Below are positions 36,181 to 46,018 of a stretch of DNA of 64,000 nucleotides, piece by piece. Each line of letters begins with the position of its first letter. The first letter of the stretch is position 1. Where the stretch lies: the NCBI GenBank assembly GCA_949296965.1, contig CASFQL010000010.1, forward strand, positions 194,115-258,114. The letters are read 5' to 3'. Below the pieces are notes generated by a model, which worked only from the letters and a program-made list of their open reading frames with translations, was not told the origin of the DNA and did no database searches. A program made the translations under genes and the position numbers. This DNA comes from an uncultured Christensenella sp. (GTDB taxonomy: Bacteria; Bacillota; Clostridia; Christensenellales; UBA1242).

Positions 36181-36663
36181 ATGTTAACAAAAAAGAAAAA
36201 AATTATTGTATTAGTATCTATGCTTGCTTTGTTAGTAATTACGGGAGTTTTGAATGTTTTTCTAAACAGTTCTACTCAAACAACGGAAACAAATGCTGGT
36301 TATGATTATTCTTCTGCTTCGTTTTTTGCAACTTGTAGGGAAGATAGGACAAACACTAGAAATGAAAGCATTGAGCATTATAAGCAAATAATTGAAAGTT
36401 CTGCAAGTAGCGAGGAAGCAAAGACAAATGCCGAAGCAAGTATGGAGGCTTTAATTGAAGCAATGACAATAGAAACTTCTATGGAGGGTTTAATTAAGGC
36501 AAAAGGATTTACTGATGCACTTGTAAATTATACTTCAACTTACATAAATGTCATTTTAAGAAGTAGCGAACTTACAGAAACAGAAGTTGCTAAGGTTGTT
36601 GAAATAATTCAATCACAGGTTGAAAGAGATATAGATTATATAAAGATTATTCCTGTTGAATAG
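36181..36663 (+). CDS. spoIIIAH: Stage III sporulation protein AH
   Basis: N-terminal TM, then SFFATCREDRTNTRNESIEHYKQII, the SpoIIIAH-like F(F/Y)A..R..R motif; last gene of the operon. Confidence 0.82.
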   Translation: MLTKKKKIIVLVSMLALLVITGVLNVFLNSSTQTTETNAGYDYSSASFFATCREDRTNTRNESIEHYKQIIESSASSEEAKTNAEASMEALIEAMTIETSMEGLIKAKGFTDALVNYTSTYINVILRSSELTETEVAKVVEIIQSQVERDIDYIKIIPVE

Positions 36664-36736
36664 AGAATAGAGAAAATTTAATTGCATAAAATTCATTTGC
36701 ATGTTATACTAAACTCAATTATAGAGGTAGTAAAAT

Positions 36737-37117
36737 ATGTTCAATAATGATTTATTCGAAAAGAATGATGATGGAAAAGTTTATTGCGGTAAAAATATAA
36801 TGTTGTCTATTATCAATCTTTCTGCAAAAGAAATTAGCGGAGTTGCTTCACTTTGCAAAAATTTCGCTAGCAAGTTTAAAAGGCTTTTCTCAAACAATTA
36901 CTTTGAGGGAGTAAAGGTTTCATATACTCAGAGTAAAAACTTGATTATTGACATTTACCTAAATGTTTATTTCGGATATAGTGTTGCTGATGTTGCATAT
37001 CGTGTTCAAGAAAATGTAAAAAATGGTATATCAAATATGATAAGTGCGAAAATTGACAGCATTAATATTCATGTTTTAGGAGTGGAATTTTCAAGAGAAG
37101 ATTTGGCTAAATTTTAA
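36737..37117 (+). CDS. Asp23/Gls24 family envelope stress protein (YqhY-like)
   Basis: Asp23-like pattern IAAKEISGVASL...V.V.Y; located upstream of nusB as B. subtilis yqhY. Confidence 0.82.
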   Translation: MFNNDLFEKNDDGKVYCGKNIMLSIINLSAKEISGVASLCKNFASKFKRLFSNNYFEGVKVSYTQSKNLIIDIYLNVYFGYSVADVAYRVQENVKNGISNMISAKIDSINIHVLGVEFSREDLAKF

Positions 37118-37181
37118 ATATAAAATTTTCCCTTGTTATTATCTTAGCAAGGGTTTATTTTTGTTTTTATAGGAGATAATT

Positions 37182-37565
37182 ATGAGTAGAACGGGTGCAC
37201 GAGATGTAGGGTTTAAATTAGTATTTCAATATTTGTTTAGTAAAGATTTTGATTTAGAAGACTTTTTAAAGGAATGTGAAATTGATGATAGTGAAAAAGA
37301 GTATTCACTTTCAGTTTTAAATGCTGTAAAAAATAATATTGATGTGTTAAATGAAAAACTTAATAACTCTCTAAAAAATGATTTAAAACTAAATGATTTA
37401 TATACATTAGACCACGCGATTTTACTTGTTTCAATGGCTCAAATTGATTATTTACAAGAACCCAAAGGAATTGTAATAAACGAAGCGGTTAGGACTGCAA
37501 AAAAATATTCAACAGATAGAAGTCCTTCTTTTATTAACGGAGTTTTATCGTCTATTTATAATTAA
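37182..37565 (+). CDS. nusB: Transcription antitermination factor NusB
   Basis: RTGARDVGFKLVFQ N-terminus and INEAVRTAKKYSTDRSPSFINGVLSSI C-terminus. Confidence 0.92.
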   Translation: MSRTGARDVGFKLVFQYLFSKDFDLEDFLKECEIDDSEKEYSLSVLNAVKNNIDVLNEKLNNSLKNDLKLNDLYTLDHAILLVSMAQIDYLQEPKGIVINEAVRTAKKYSTDRSPSFINGVLSSIYN

Positions 37566-37579
37566 TTTGAAGGTTTGGT

Positions 37580-38752
37580 ATGTTAAAAGCATTAAGTGTT
37601 ACACAAATAAATACTTATATTTCTAATGTCTTTGAGGCAGAAGAATTATTACAATATGTTAAAGTATATGGGGAAATTTCTAACCTTTCATATGTTAGGG
37701 GAAATCTTTATTTTAATTTAAAAGATAAAGATGCTTTGTTGCCGTGTATTATGTTTGGAGTAGGTTCCTGTGATGTTAAAGAGGGCGACCAAATAATAGC
37801 AAGTGGCGGAATTAAGTTTTATGCTAAGGGTGGTAGAATAAATTTATATGTAAATTCAATCGCTCCTTATGGAAGTGGTGAACTTTATAAAGCATTTATA
37901 GAACTTAAAAACAAGTTAGAAGTAGAAGGTGTATTTGATAAAAAGTTTAAAAAACCTTTGCCAAAACAGATTTCAAAGATAGGAGTTATTACATCTTCGA
38001 CAGGGGCAGTTTTACACGATATTGTCACAGTTAGTCATAGAAGAAATCCCACACTTAATATTGATGTTTATCCAGCAAGGGTTCAAGGCAAGGGAGCTGA
38101 AAAAACTATAATTGATGGACTTAAATATTTTGATAATTGTGATGATATCGATGTTATAATAATTGCAAGAGGTGGCGGCTCTATCGAAGATTTACAGCCG
38201 TTTAATACCGAAACTCTTGCCCGTGAGATTATAAAAAACTCAAAACCCGTTATCTCAGCGGTTGGGCATGAAGTAGATTTTACAATATGTGATTTTGCTT
38301 CGTCAATAAGGGCGGCAACGCCGTCAGAGGCAGCAGAACTCGTTGCCCAAGATATATTTGCAGGCTTTGATTTATTTAAGAACAATTTAAGTAAATTAAA
38401 CTATTTGATATACAATATGATTGATGACAATGCTTTTTTAGTAGATAACAATCTAAAAAAACTAAATGCCAATTACAATCAATTTATTTATAAAAAGAAG
38501 TCTAAGTTTGATTTAATTGTTTCAAAATTTATGAACTTAAATTTTGTTGATAAGATTGAAAAAAATTTGACAATTAATTATAATAAGTTGCTAACTATCA
38601 ATCCAAAGTCAATCTCAAAAATGGGCTGGGCAAAAATAGTTAAAAAAGATTTAATTATTAATTCAATAAATGATATAAAAAAAGATGACAATGTCGAAAT
38701 TCAGTTATTTGATGGTAACTTTGAAGCAAAAGTTTTAAAAGTTAATAATTAG
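37580..38752 (+). CDS. xseA: Exodeoxyribonuclease VII large subunit
   Basis: OB-fold N-terminus, GVITSSTGAVLHDI and ARGGGSIEDL motifs. Confidence 0.94.
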   Translation: MLKALSVTQINTYISNVFEAEELLQYVKVYGEISNLSYVRGNLYFNLKDKDALLPCIMFGVGSCDVKEGDQIIASGGIKFYAKGGRINLYVNSIAPYGSGELYKAFIELKNKLEVEGVFDKKFKKPLPKQISKIGVITSSTGAVLHDIVTVSHRRNPTLNIDVYPARVQGKGAEKTIIDGLKYFDNCDDIDVIIIARGGGSIEDLQPFNTETLAREIIKNSKPVISAVGHEVDFTICDFASSIRAATPSEAAELVAQDIFAGFDLFKNNLSKLNYLIYNMIDDNAFLVDNNLKKLNANYNQFIYKKKSKFDLIVSKFMNLNFVDKIEKNLTINYNKLLTINPKSISKMGWAKIVKKDLIINSINDIKKDDNVEIQLFDGNFEAKVLKVNN

Positions 38753-38763
38753 GAGAAAAAGAG

Positions 38764-38976
38764 ATGAATTTTGAAGAAAGTAATAAAAGATTACAAGAAA
38801 TAATACAAAAGTTAGAAAAAAATGATATTTCAATAGAGGAAGGCACTGCTTTATACGAAGAAGGAGTCAAACTTTCAAAAAATTGTTATGAGATTTTGGA
38901 AAAAAGTAAGGGAAAAGTAAATATATTAAAGAACGAATTAAGTAGTCTTACAAATGGTGAAGATGAAGATTTTTAG
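38764..38976 (+). CDS. xseB: Exodeoxyribonuclease VII small subunit
   Basis: FEESNKRLQEIIQKLEKNDISIEEGTALYEEGVKL; 70 aa, directly after xseA. Confidence 0.93.
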   Translation: MNFEESNKRLQEIIQKLEKNDISIEEGTALYEEGVKLSKNCYEILEKSKGKVNILKNELSSLTNGEDEDF

Positions 38977-38987
38977 GAGAAAGAAAA

Positions 38988-40697
38988 ATGAAGTTAAGTA
39001 AGTTGGTCGCAGATAGGACAAAAGAAATTCCAAGTGATGCTAAAATGAAAAATCATATTTTGCTTCTAAGAGCAGGATATATGAAACAAATTGCAAATGG
39101 AATATATACTTTAACAAGTTTAGGACAAAAGGCTTGTTTAAATATTGAAAATATAATTAGAAAGGAAATGAATTTTTATGATGGACAAGAAGTAAAATTT
39201 CCTGTTGTTATGCCAAAGGAGTTGTGGGATATGTCAGGTCGATATTCTTCAATAGGTAGTGAAATGGTAAGGTTTAATGATAGACAAAATAGACCTATGC
39301 TACTTGGTATGACACACGAGGAGGCTGCTGTTCATTTAGTTAAAAATTGGGTGAATAGTTATAATCAATTACCTTGTATGATTTATCAAATACAAACAAA
39401 ATTTAGAGATGAGGCAAGAAGTAGGGGTGGACTTGTTAGGGTAAGAGAATTTACAATGAAAGATGCATATTCTTTCCATATGACACAGGAAGATTTAGAT
39501 GAATATTACTTTAAGATGCACAAGGCATATGAAGACATTTATAAAAAGATAGGATTAAAAAATGTCATATCAGTTAAGAGCGATAATGGAATGTTTGGTG
39601 GAAATATGTCGCATGAGTTTATGTATTTAAACGCTGACGGCGAAGATGAACTTGTTTTATGCTCAAATTGTGATTATAAGGCAAACCAAGAAGTAGCAGA
39701 ATGTATTTACAATATAAAAGATACTTGTGAAATGTTAGAGTTAGAAGATGTTTATACCGGGCAGGCAAAAGATATTGCTCAAGTTTGTGAATATCTAAAT
39801 GTAAAGCCAACCGAATGTGTAAAGGCAGTTGTGTTTGCTATAAAAGGTGAGCAAGGTAGCATTTTGTGTTTCACAAGGGGCGATAAAGAAATTAATGAAA
39901 CAAAATTAAGAAAATTATGTGGAAAAGAAGTTGTTCCATATGATGCTTCAAATGATAAAGAATATTGTGTGGGAAATATTGGTCCTCTAAATTTGAAAGT
40001 GTCAAATGTGAAAATCTATTTTGATTTAAGTCTAAAAAATAGAAGAAATTTAGTTGTTGGAGCAAATAAGCCAGAATATCATTTAAAGAATTTTAATATT
40101 GAAAGAGATTTAGGTGAAGTTGAGTATTATGATTTATCTAAGGTAAAAGACGGAGATGTATGTCCAATATGTGGGAAAAAGTTAAAGGTATCAAATGGTG
40201 TAGAAATAGGTAATATTTTCCAATTAGGGACAAAATATACTCATTCAATGGGTATGTTTGTTAAGACAAAAGAAGGCAAAGATATAAATCCTATGATGGG
40301 GTGCTATGGTATTGGAATAGGTAGAAATCTTGCATGTGTAATTGAAGAAAATAGTGACGAAAAGGGAATTTGTATGCCTGTTAGCGTTGCTCCTTATAAG
40401 GTTCATATTGTTCCACTTAGAAACGATGATAAGAATGTAAATAAAATTTCAACTACCTTATACAATAAATTATTAAAAAACGAAATTGAAACAATTTATG
40501 ACGACAGAGATTGTGGGGCGGGGGTAAAGTTTGCAGATGCAGATTTAATAGGAATGCCAATTAGAGTGGTCGTAAGTCCAAGAAGTTTAGAACAGAATAT
40601 GGTTGAAATAAAACTAAGAAAATCAGGCGAAGTGTTTATGGTCCATACTAATAAGGCATACAAAAAAATAATTGATTTAATTAAAGAGAATAGTTAA
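38988..40697 (+). CDS. proS: Proline--tRNA ligase (bacterial type with insertion/editing domain)
   Basis: RAGYMKQIANGIYT, class II motif 2 GLVRVREFTMKDAYSF and C-terminal anticodon-binding domain; 569 aa. Confidence 0.94.
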   Translation: MKLSKLVADRTKEIPSDAKMKNHILLLRAGYMKQIANGIYTLTSLGQKACLNIENIIRKEMNFYDGQEVKFPVVMPKELWDMSGRYSSIGSEMVRFNDRQNRPMLLGMTHEEAAVHLVKNWVNSYNQLPCMIYQIQTKFRDEARSRGGLVRVREFTMKDAYSFHMTQEDLDEYYFKMHKAYEDIYKKIGLKNVISVKSDNGMFGGNMSHEFMYLNADGEDELVLCSNCDYKANQEVAECIYNIKDTCEMLELEDVYTGQAKDIAQVCEYLNVKPTECVKAVVFAIKGEQGSILCFTRGDKEINETKLRKLCGKEVVPYDASNDKEYCVGNIGPLNLKVSNVKIYFDLSLKNRRNLVVGANKPEYHLKNFNIERDLGEVEYYDLSKVKDGDVCPICGKKLKVSNGVEIGNIFQLGTKYTHSMGMFVKTKEGKDINPMMGCYGIGIGRNLACVIEENSDEKGICMPVSVAPYKVHIVPLRNDDKNVNKISTTLYNKLLKNEIETIYDDRDCGAGVKFADADLIGMPIRVVVSPRSLEQNMVEIKLRKSGEVFMVHTNKAYKKIIDLIKENS

Positions 40698-40785
40698 TTT
40701 TTTATCTTATTTTGATTTTAAATTTATATTTTTATAAAATGTCTCATATATATAAATGAGGCATTTTTTTATGTCAAAATGATTT

Positions 40786-41394
40786 ATGGTAATAATTAGC
40801 AGTAACGATAAAAATGAAATAGAAATTAAGAAAAAAAAGTGTAGAAGACGCAAATGGTTTTGGATAATTAAGATAAGTCTTCTTGCTTTTTTATTGTCAT
40901 TGCTACTAAGTTTATTTTCAGAAATAATTTTAAACAAGTCAAATGTAGTTATTGCTATAATATTACTCATAATCTTTATGCTACTAAATATATTTTCTGA
41001 TATGTTAGGACTTGCTATAACATCTTGTCAAATAGAAATCTTAAAACAAGAACAGTTAGAAAAAAGACTATATGATAGGTGTATTAAGTTAATAAAAAAT
41101 TCAGATAAAGTTTCATCTTTGCTGTGTGATGTAGTAGGGGATATATGTGGAATTTTATGTGGAGTTAGTGGGACAATGATTTCATACATTATAATGAAGC
41201 ATATTTTTTTTAGCAATGTTGGATTTGTTTTAGGGGCTCTAACAAGTGCCGTTATTGCGGGATTAACTGTGTTTTTTAAAGCAATTTCAAAAAATTATGC
41301 GGTTAAAAACTCTACAAAAATTGTTAAGAAAACTGCAAGTTTTTTATTAGTCTTAGAAAAATTTAAGAGAAGAAAAAATGATAAAGTTTGCTAA
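40786..41394 (+). CDS. Hypothetical polytopic membrane protein
   Basis: Basic N-terminus followed by about 4 hydrophobic segments. I recognise no family. Confidence 0.55.
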   Translation: MVIISSNDKNEIEIKKKKCRRRKWFWIIKISLLAFLLSLLLSLFSEIILNKSNVVIAIILLIIFMLLNIFSDMLGLAITSCQIEILKQEQLEKRLYDRCIKLIKNSDKVSSLLCDVVGDICGILCGVSGTMISYIIMKHIFFSNVGFVLGALTSAVIAGLTVFFKAISKNYAVKNSTKIVKKTASFLLVLEKFKRRKNDKVC

Positions 41395-41477
41395 AATAAA
41401 GGGAATTAGCGTAATTTTATATTTATTCATAAATACATTTATAAATATTAGTTATTTTGCATAAAAATAAATTATAA

Positions 41478-41559
41478 TTATGAATATTTATACAAAAGGC
41501 ATTGCATAAAAATTTAATAAATTGTATAATTAACTCGGGTGAAATGAATAATTATTTGG
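41478..41559 (+). promoter_or_regulatory. argR promoter region with ARG-box-like operators
   Basis: TTGCAT (41502-41507), 17 nt spacer, TATAAT (41525-41530). It is flanked by TTATGAATATTTATACAA (41478-41495) and AAATGAATAATTATTTGG (41542-41559), which resemble the TNTGAATWWWWATTCANW ARG box. Confidence 0.45.
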
Positions 41560-41568
41560 GGGTTAATT

Positions 41569-42024
41569 ATGGCAAGGACCAATAGGCAATCAAAAATATT
41601 AGAGTTAATTTCACTTTATGAAATTGAAACTCAGGAAGAATTGGTTTCAAGGTTAAGTTCAAGTAACTTTGATGCAACTCAGGCTACTATTAGTCGTGAT
41701 ATAAAGGAGTTGGGACTTATAAAAACAATTTCGCAACAAACGGGAAAATATAAGTATTCTTTACCCGAAGCAAGTGGGCAAACTCCAAATAAATACATAT
41801 TTATTTTAAAAGAAAGCGTCATATCTTATAATGTTGTTAATAATTTGATTGTCATTAAAACTTTAAAAGGTGTTGCAGAAAGTGTTTGTAGTATCATTGA
41901 TAGTTTAAATCTTCAAAATGTTTTAGGAGTTGTTAGTGGACTTGATACTGTTATGGTTATTTTTGCCGATGCTATTAAGGCTGAATATTGTTTAAACAAG
42001 ATTGACTCCATAATTAATTTTTAA
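41569..42024 (+). CDS. argR: Arginine repressor ArgR/AhrC
   Basis: RQSKILELI...TQEELV...TQATISRDIKELGLIK winged-helix N domain. argR-recN synteny. Confidence 0.93.
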   Translation: MARTNRQSKILELISLYEIETQEELVSRLSSSNFDATQATISRDIKELGLIKTISQQTGKYKYSLPEASGQTPNKYIFILKESVISYNVVNNLIVIKTLKGVAESVCSIIDSLNLQNVLGVVSGLDTVMVIFADAIKAEYCLNKIDSIINF

Positions 42025-42088
42025 GGTTATGTTAACCTTTTTGTTTTATAGTTCTAAGGTCTTTAATTTAATTAAAAGATTGCTTATG

Positions 42089-42127
42089 ATAATCTTATGT
42101 CTACATAATTACATAAGATTATTTTTT
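42089..42127 (+). terminator. Intrinsic terminator downstream of argR
   Basis: 12-bp stem ATAATCTTATGT (42089-42100) / ACATAAGATTAT (42111-42122), followed by T5. Confidence 0.55.
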
Positions 42128-42221
42128 ATCTTATAATTTTATTTTTCTTTATTTATATTATTACTTAATTTATTTATATAATATAATTGAAAATTTTTTT
42201 AAAATAATCTATAATAATATT

Positions 42222-43925
42222 ATGTTAAAAACTTTGGAAATACAAAATGTTGCTCTTATTGATAATATCTCACTGGATTTTTGTGATAAGTTAAATGTTT
42301 TGAGTGGAGAAACGGGAGCAGGTAAAAGTATAATTGTTGATTCATTAAATTTTGTTATTGGTGGAAAATTAAACAAAAGTTTAATAAGACAGGGTTGCGA
42401 CTTTATGAAAGTTGTCGCTTGTTTTTCTGTGCCATTCCCACAAGAAGTCGTCGAGATTTTAAAAGATTTTGACATAGATTTTGATGATGAGATTTTAGTT
42501 TCAAGGAAATTGTCAATTGATGGAAAAAGCGATTTGCGTGTAAATGGTAAACTTTTTCCAACAACAAATTTTAAAAAGTTATGTGTCTATTTAGTAGATA
42601 TTCACTCTCAGCATGAACATCAAAAATTGGCTAAGGAAAAATTTCACCTTGAAATAATTGACTCTTTTATAAAGGATAAAACTATTTTTGTTGACTATTT
42701 TAAAGCATATGAACAACTAAGAAGTATTAATTTAGAGATTAATAAATTAAATGGTTCAACTCAAAACCAAGAGAGAATGCTTGATTTGCTCGATTACCAA
42801 ATTAAAGAAATTGAACTTGCTAATCTAAGAATTGGTGAAGATGAAGAACTTGAACAGAAAAAGATTGTAATGCAAAATTATGAAAAAATTTATGATGGTT
42901 TAAACAATGCTTTTAATGAGATTGAAAATTCGCCATCGGTGGTTGATAGTTTGAAACATGCATCTAATTATCTTTCTTCCATTCAAAAATATGATGAACA
43001 ATTGAGTTCTTTGATTGAGAGATTGGACAGTATTAAATATGAAATAATGGATATTTCATCTAGTATAAAAGATAAAAGAGATGATTGCAATTTTAATGAG
43101 TATGATTATGAAGAAATTGATAATAGACTTGATAAAATTAAACAATTAAAGAAAAAATACGGGCCAACGCTTGAGGATGTCTTAAAGTTTTTAGATAATT
43201 CAAAAAATGAATATTCTCAGATTTTAAATAGTAAAGACTTGCTCATACATAAATTAAAGGAAAAAGAAAATGCTCTTTCTAATGTTTATGATTTGGCAGT
43301 TAAAATTAGTGAAGTTAGAAAGACAACTGCAAAAGTGCTTGAAAGTAAAATAAATAATGAACTTGTCGATTTGGGTATGAAAAATGCAAGGTTTAAAGTC
43401 TTATTTAATAATCTTCCAAGTATTAATAATTTTGAAGATTTTTTAAATTCGACAGGTATAGACGAAGTTAAATTTTTATTTTCTGCTAATTTGGGGCAAG
43501 ATTTAAAACCATTGAGTGAAATTATTTCAGGTGGTGAAGCAAGTAGATTTATGTTAGCACTTAAAACTATTTTAGCAGATGTAGATAATGTTTCATTGAT
43601 GGTATTTGATGAGATAGACACAGATATAAGTGGACAAATGGGTTATAAAGTTGCTTGTAAATTGGCTCAAATTTCAAAAACACACCAGGTTATATCTATT
43701 TCTCACTTGCCTCAAATTTGTGCAATGGCTGATAATAATATAATGGTAAAAAAATTTGCCAAAGATGGAAACACAATTGTTAGTGTTACATCATTAGATA
43801 ATGTAAATGCATTAAAAGAAATTTCTAGGTTGTCTGGTGGAGAAGAAAGTAGTGAAAATTCCCTTAAACACGCAAGGGAATTAAAGGAAAAATGCGATAA
43901 CTTTAAAAAAACTTTAAAATATTAA
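42222..43925 (+). CDS. recN: DNA repair protein RecN
   Basis: MLKTLEIQNVALIDN...LSGETGAGKSIIVDSL Walker A, a long coiled coil, and C-terminal SGGEASRFMLALK signature. Confidence 0.95.
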   Translation: MLKTLEIQNVALIDNISLDFCDKLNVLSGETGAGKSIIVDSLNFVIGGKLNKSLIRQGCDFMKVVACFSVPFPQEVVEILKDFDIDFDDEILVSRKLSIDGKSDLRVNGKLFPTTNFKKLCVYLVDIHSQHEHQKLAKEKFHLEIIDSFIKDKTIFVDYFKAYEQLRSINLEINKLNGSTQNQERMLDLLDYQIKEIELANLRIGEDEELEQKKIVMQNYEKIYDGLNNAFNEIENSPSVVDSLKHASNYLSSIQKYDEQLSSLIERLDSIKYEIMDISSSIKDKRDDCNFNEYDYEEIDNRLDKIKQLKKKYGPTLEDVLKFLDNSKNEYSQILNSKDLLIHKLKEKENALSNVYDLAVKISEVRKTTAKVLESKINNELVDLGMKNARFKVLFNNLPSINNFEDFLNSTGIDEVKFLFSANLGQDLKPLSEIISGGEASRFMLALKTILADVDNVSLMVFDEIDTDISGQMGYKVACKLAQISKTHQVISISHLPQICAMADNNIMVKKFAKDGNTIVSVTSLDNVNALKEISRLSGGEESSENSLKHARELKEKCDNFKKTLKY

Positions 43926-44023
43926 ATTAAAATTAGTGGTTTTTTATTTATAATATTTATTTGAAAAAAATGTAAGAGACTATCTTACATATTTTTTCTT
44001 TTATCAATTAAACTAAATATATT

Positions 44024-45277
44024 ATGGTTAATAGAAAGTTAAAGAAAAAAATTACTTTTCTTATTTTATTTGCTGTTTCTCTAATTTTAATAGTTGGAGT
44101 ATTTTTTAGTATTCCTTTTGAAAAAATCAACACTTTTTTTGATTGTCCATTTATAACGACAAGCGAATTTGAACAAATTAAAGAAAAAAGTTATTTTGGA
44201 CCCTTTATTAAGACTTTTGTGAAAGAAAATAGCGTTATTGATGTTGTAAATAGCAGTAAGAGTGAAACATACGAGCCAGAGATTGAATTTAGATTGTTTA
44301 ATTTAATTCCTATTAAGTCAAAAAAAATTAAGATAATTCATTCAAATAAGGTTCTAGCAAGCGGTTCTGCTATTGGTCTTGTTCTAAAAACTGATGGAGT
44401 TTTAGTTATTGGCTCTAGCCCTGTAACTACTTTACAGGGAGAAAAAGATGTTTTAGATGATAATATTATTCAAATTGGAGATGTTATAAAACAAATAGAA
44501 GATGAAACTATTGAAAATGTATCGAGCATTTCAAAAATTATAAACGAGGAGAAAAATAGAGATAAAGAATTAGAAATAAAACTTTTAAGAAAAAATAAAG
44601 AAATAACAACAAAAATTAAACCTTGCTATGACGTTAAGAGTAAGAATTATAAATTAGGGGTTTGGGTAAGAGATGACGCATCAGGTATTGGAACATTAAC
44701 ATATATAAGTAAAAACAATAGATTTGGAGCGTTGGGACATCCAATTTGTGATAATGATACAAAAAGTAAAATTTCTTTAAAAGAAGGTAAAGTTTATAAT
44801 TGTTCAGTTTTAGGTGTAAATAAGGGAACAAGTGGCGATCCTGGCGAGATTAAGGGTTTATTTATGCAAGGGAAAAATGAACAGGGTGTTATAGAGAAAA
44901 ATAATAATTACGGTGTTTTTGGTAATTTAAATGAAAATAGTAATTTACTTGAAAAAACAGAAGAATTTGAAATTGGGGGGAGATTATCTGTTAAGCCTGG
45001 GAAAGCACAAATTAGATGTTGTATTGACGGAACAAAAGTTGAAACTTTTGATATTGAAATTATAAAGACTAATTATCAAAACTATTCAAATGATAAAAGT
45101 ATGGTTATAAGAGTAATTGATAATGACTTATTAAATAAAACAGGGGGAATTGTGCAAGGAATGAGTGGAAGTCCTATTATTCAAAATGGGAAAATAGTTG
45201 GTGCTGTTACTCATGTTTTTGTTAGTGATCCAACAAAGGGATTTGGAGTTTATATTGATTGGATGTTAGACCAATAA
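44024..45277 (+). CDS. spoIVB: SpoIVB peptidase (S55)
   Basis: N-terminal TM, PDZ region, GIGTLTY and GIVQGMSGSPIIQNGKIVGAVTHVF catalytic Ser motif. recN-spoIVB-spo0A synteny. Confidence 0.93.
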   Translation: MVNRKLKKKITFLILFAVSLILIVGVFFSIPFEKINTFFDCPFITTSEFEQIKEKSYFGPFIKTFVKENSVIDVVNSSKSETYEPEIEFRLFNLIPIKSKKIKIIHSNKVLASGSAIGLVLKTDGVLVIGSSPVTTLQGEKDVLDDNIIQIGDVIKQIEDETIENVSSISKIINEEKNRDKELEIKLLRKNKEITTKIKPCYDVKSKNYKLGVWVRDDASGIGTLTYISKNNRFGALGHPICDNDTKSKISLKEGKVYNCSVLGVNKGTSGDPGEIKGLFMQGKNEQGVIEKNNNYGVFGNLNENSNLLEKTEEFEIGGRLSVKPGKAQIRCCIDGTKVETFDIEIIKTNYQNYSNDKSMVIRVIDNDLLNKTGGIVQGMSGSPIIQNGKIVGAVTHVFVSDPTKGFGVYIDWMLDQ

Positions 45278-45400
45278 ATTAAAAATTTTTAATTATTTTA
45301 ATTAGGTTTATTTAACACTTTATGTATTTAGAATTTTAATTATATTTGAATTTATATTTATATTTATATTTACAATTTTTATATTCTAGGAAGTTAAGGT

Positions 45401-45560
45401 AAAAAGGAAAATTTATTTTTATTTTTACTTAACGACGACAAATTCAAATTTTGTGCCAAAAATGTTAATTTTTGAATTAAAATTTAACCTAGTTAAATTT
45501 TAATAGTTGTTATTTTGTTTTTACAAAATTACAACAGCACATAATTTATATTTATGTAAT
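45401..45560. repeat. Solo copy of the 167-nt composite structured element
   Basis: Sequence AAGTTAAGGTAAAAAGGAAAATTTATTTTTATTTTTACTTAACGACGACAAAT...GCACATAATTTATA is colinear with the units at 31081-31575. Confidence 0.88.
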
Positions 45561-45624
45561 TATAGTTTTATTTTAAATATATATGAATTTTTATATGAAA
45601 TTATATGTAAAAAAAATTATATAT

Positions 45625-45718
45625 GGAACTATGTGCTGTGAAAATTAGAAAATTTTCACTGTGAAATTTTAAAGTTCTAAAATTTCACGCAAAAGTGAAA
45701 CTTTTGGCACATAGTTCC
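45625..45718 (+). repeat. Four-way-junction intergenic element, copy f
   Basis: Closing stem GGAACTATGTGC / GCACATAGTTCC encloses GTGAAAATT-agaa-AATTTTCAC, GTGAAATTTTA-aagttc-TAAAATTTCAC and CAAAAGT-gaa-ACTTTTG. T6 follows. Confidence 0.85.
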
Positions 45719-46018
45719 TTTTTTACATAACTAATTTTAGTAGTAATATAAATTTTTCATTTAATAGGTCATAAAAGTAAAAATCATCTAAAAATATAAT
45801 TTTTGTTAAAAAATAAATATTTTACAAATTTTGAATAATATTTGAAAAAATTGTAAAAAAAAATAGACAAATGTATTTTTATATGATATTATCTTGCTAT
45901 TAAAAAGTTATACAAAAATATTAAAAAGAATAAATAATGTTCAATATTCATTCAAAATTAATATTTTAAACAATTTTTTTAATAACAAATTTTTATAATA
46001 AAAGGAAGTTTTAAATTT

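Noticed and set aside
45345-45375. ATTTAT/TATATT microsatellite before the solo composite element.
   Set aside because: This is simple low-complexity sequence, mentioned only as context in the spoIVB-spo0A finding.
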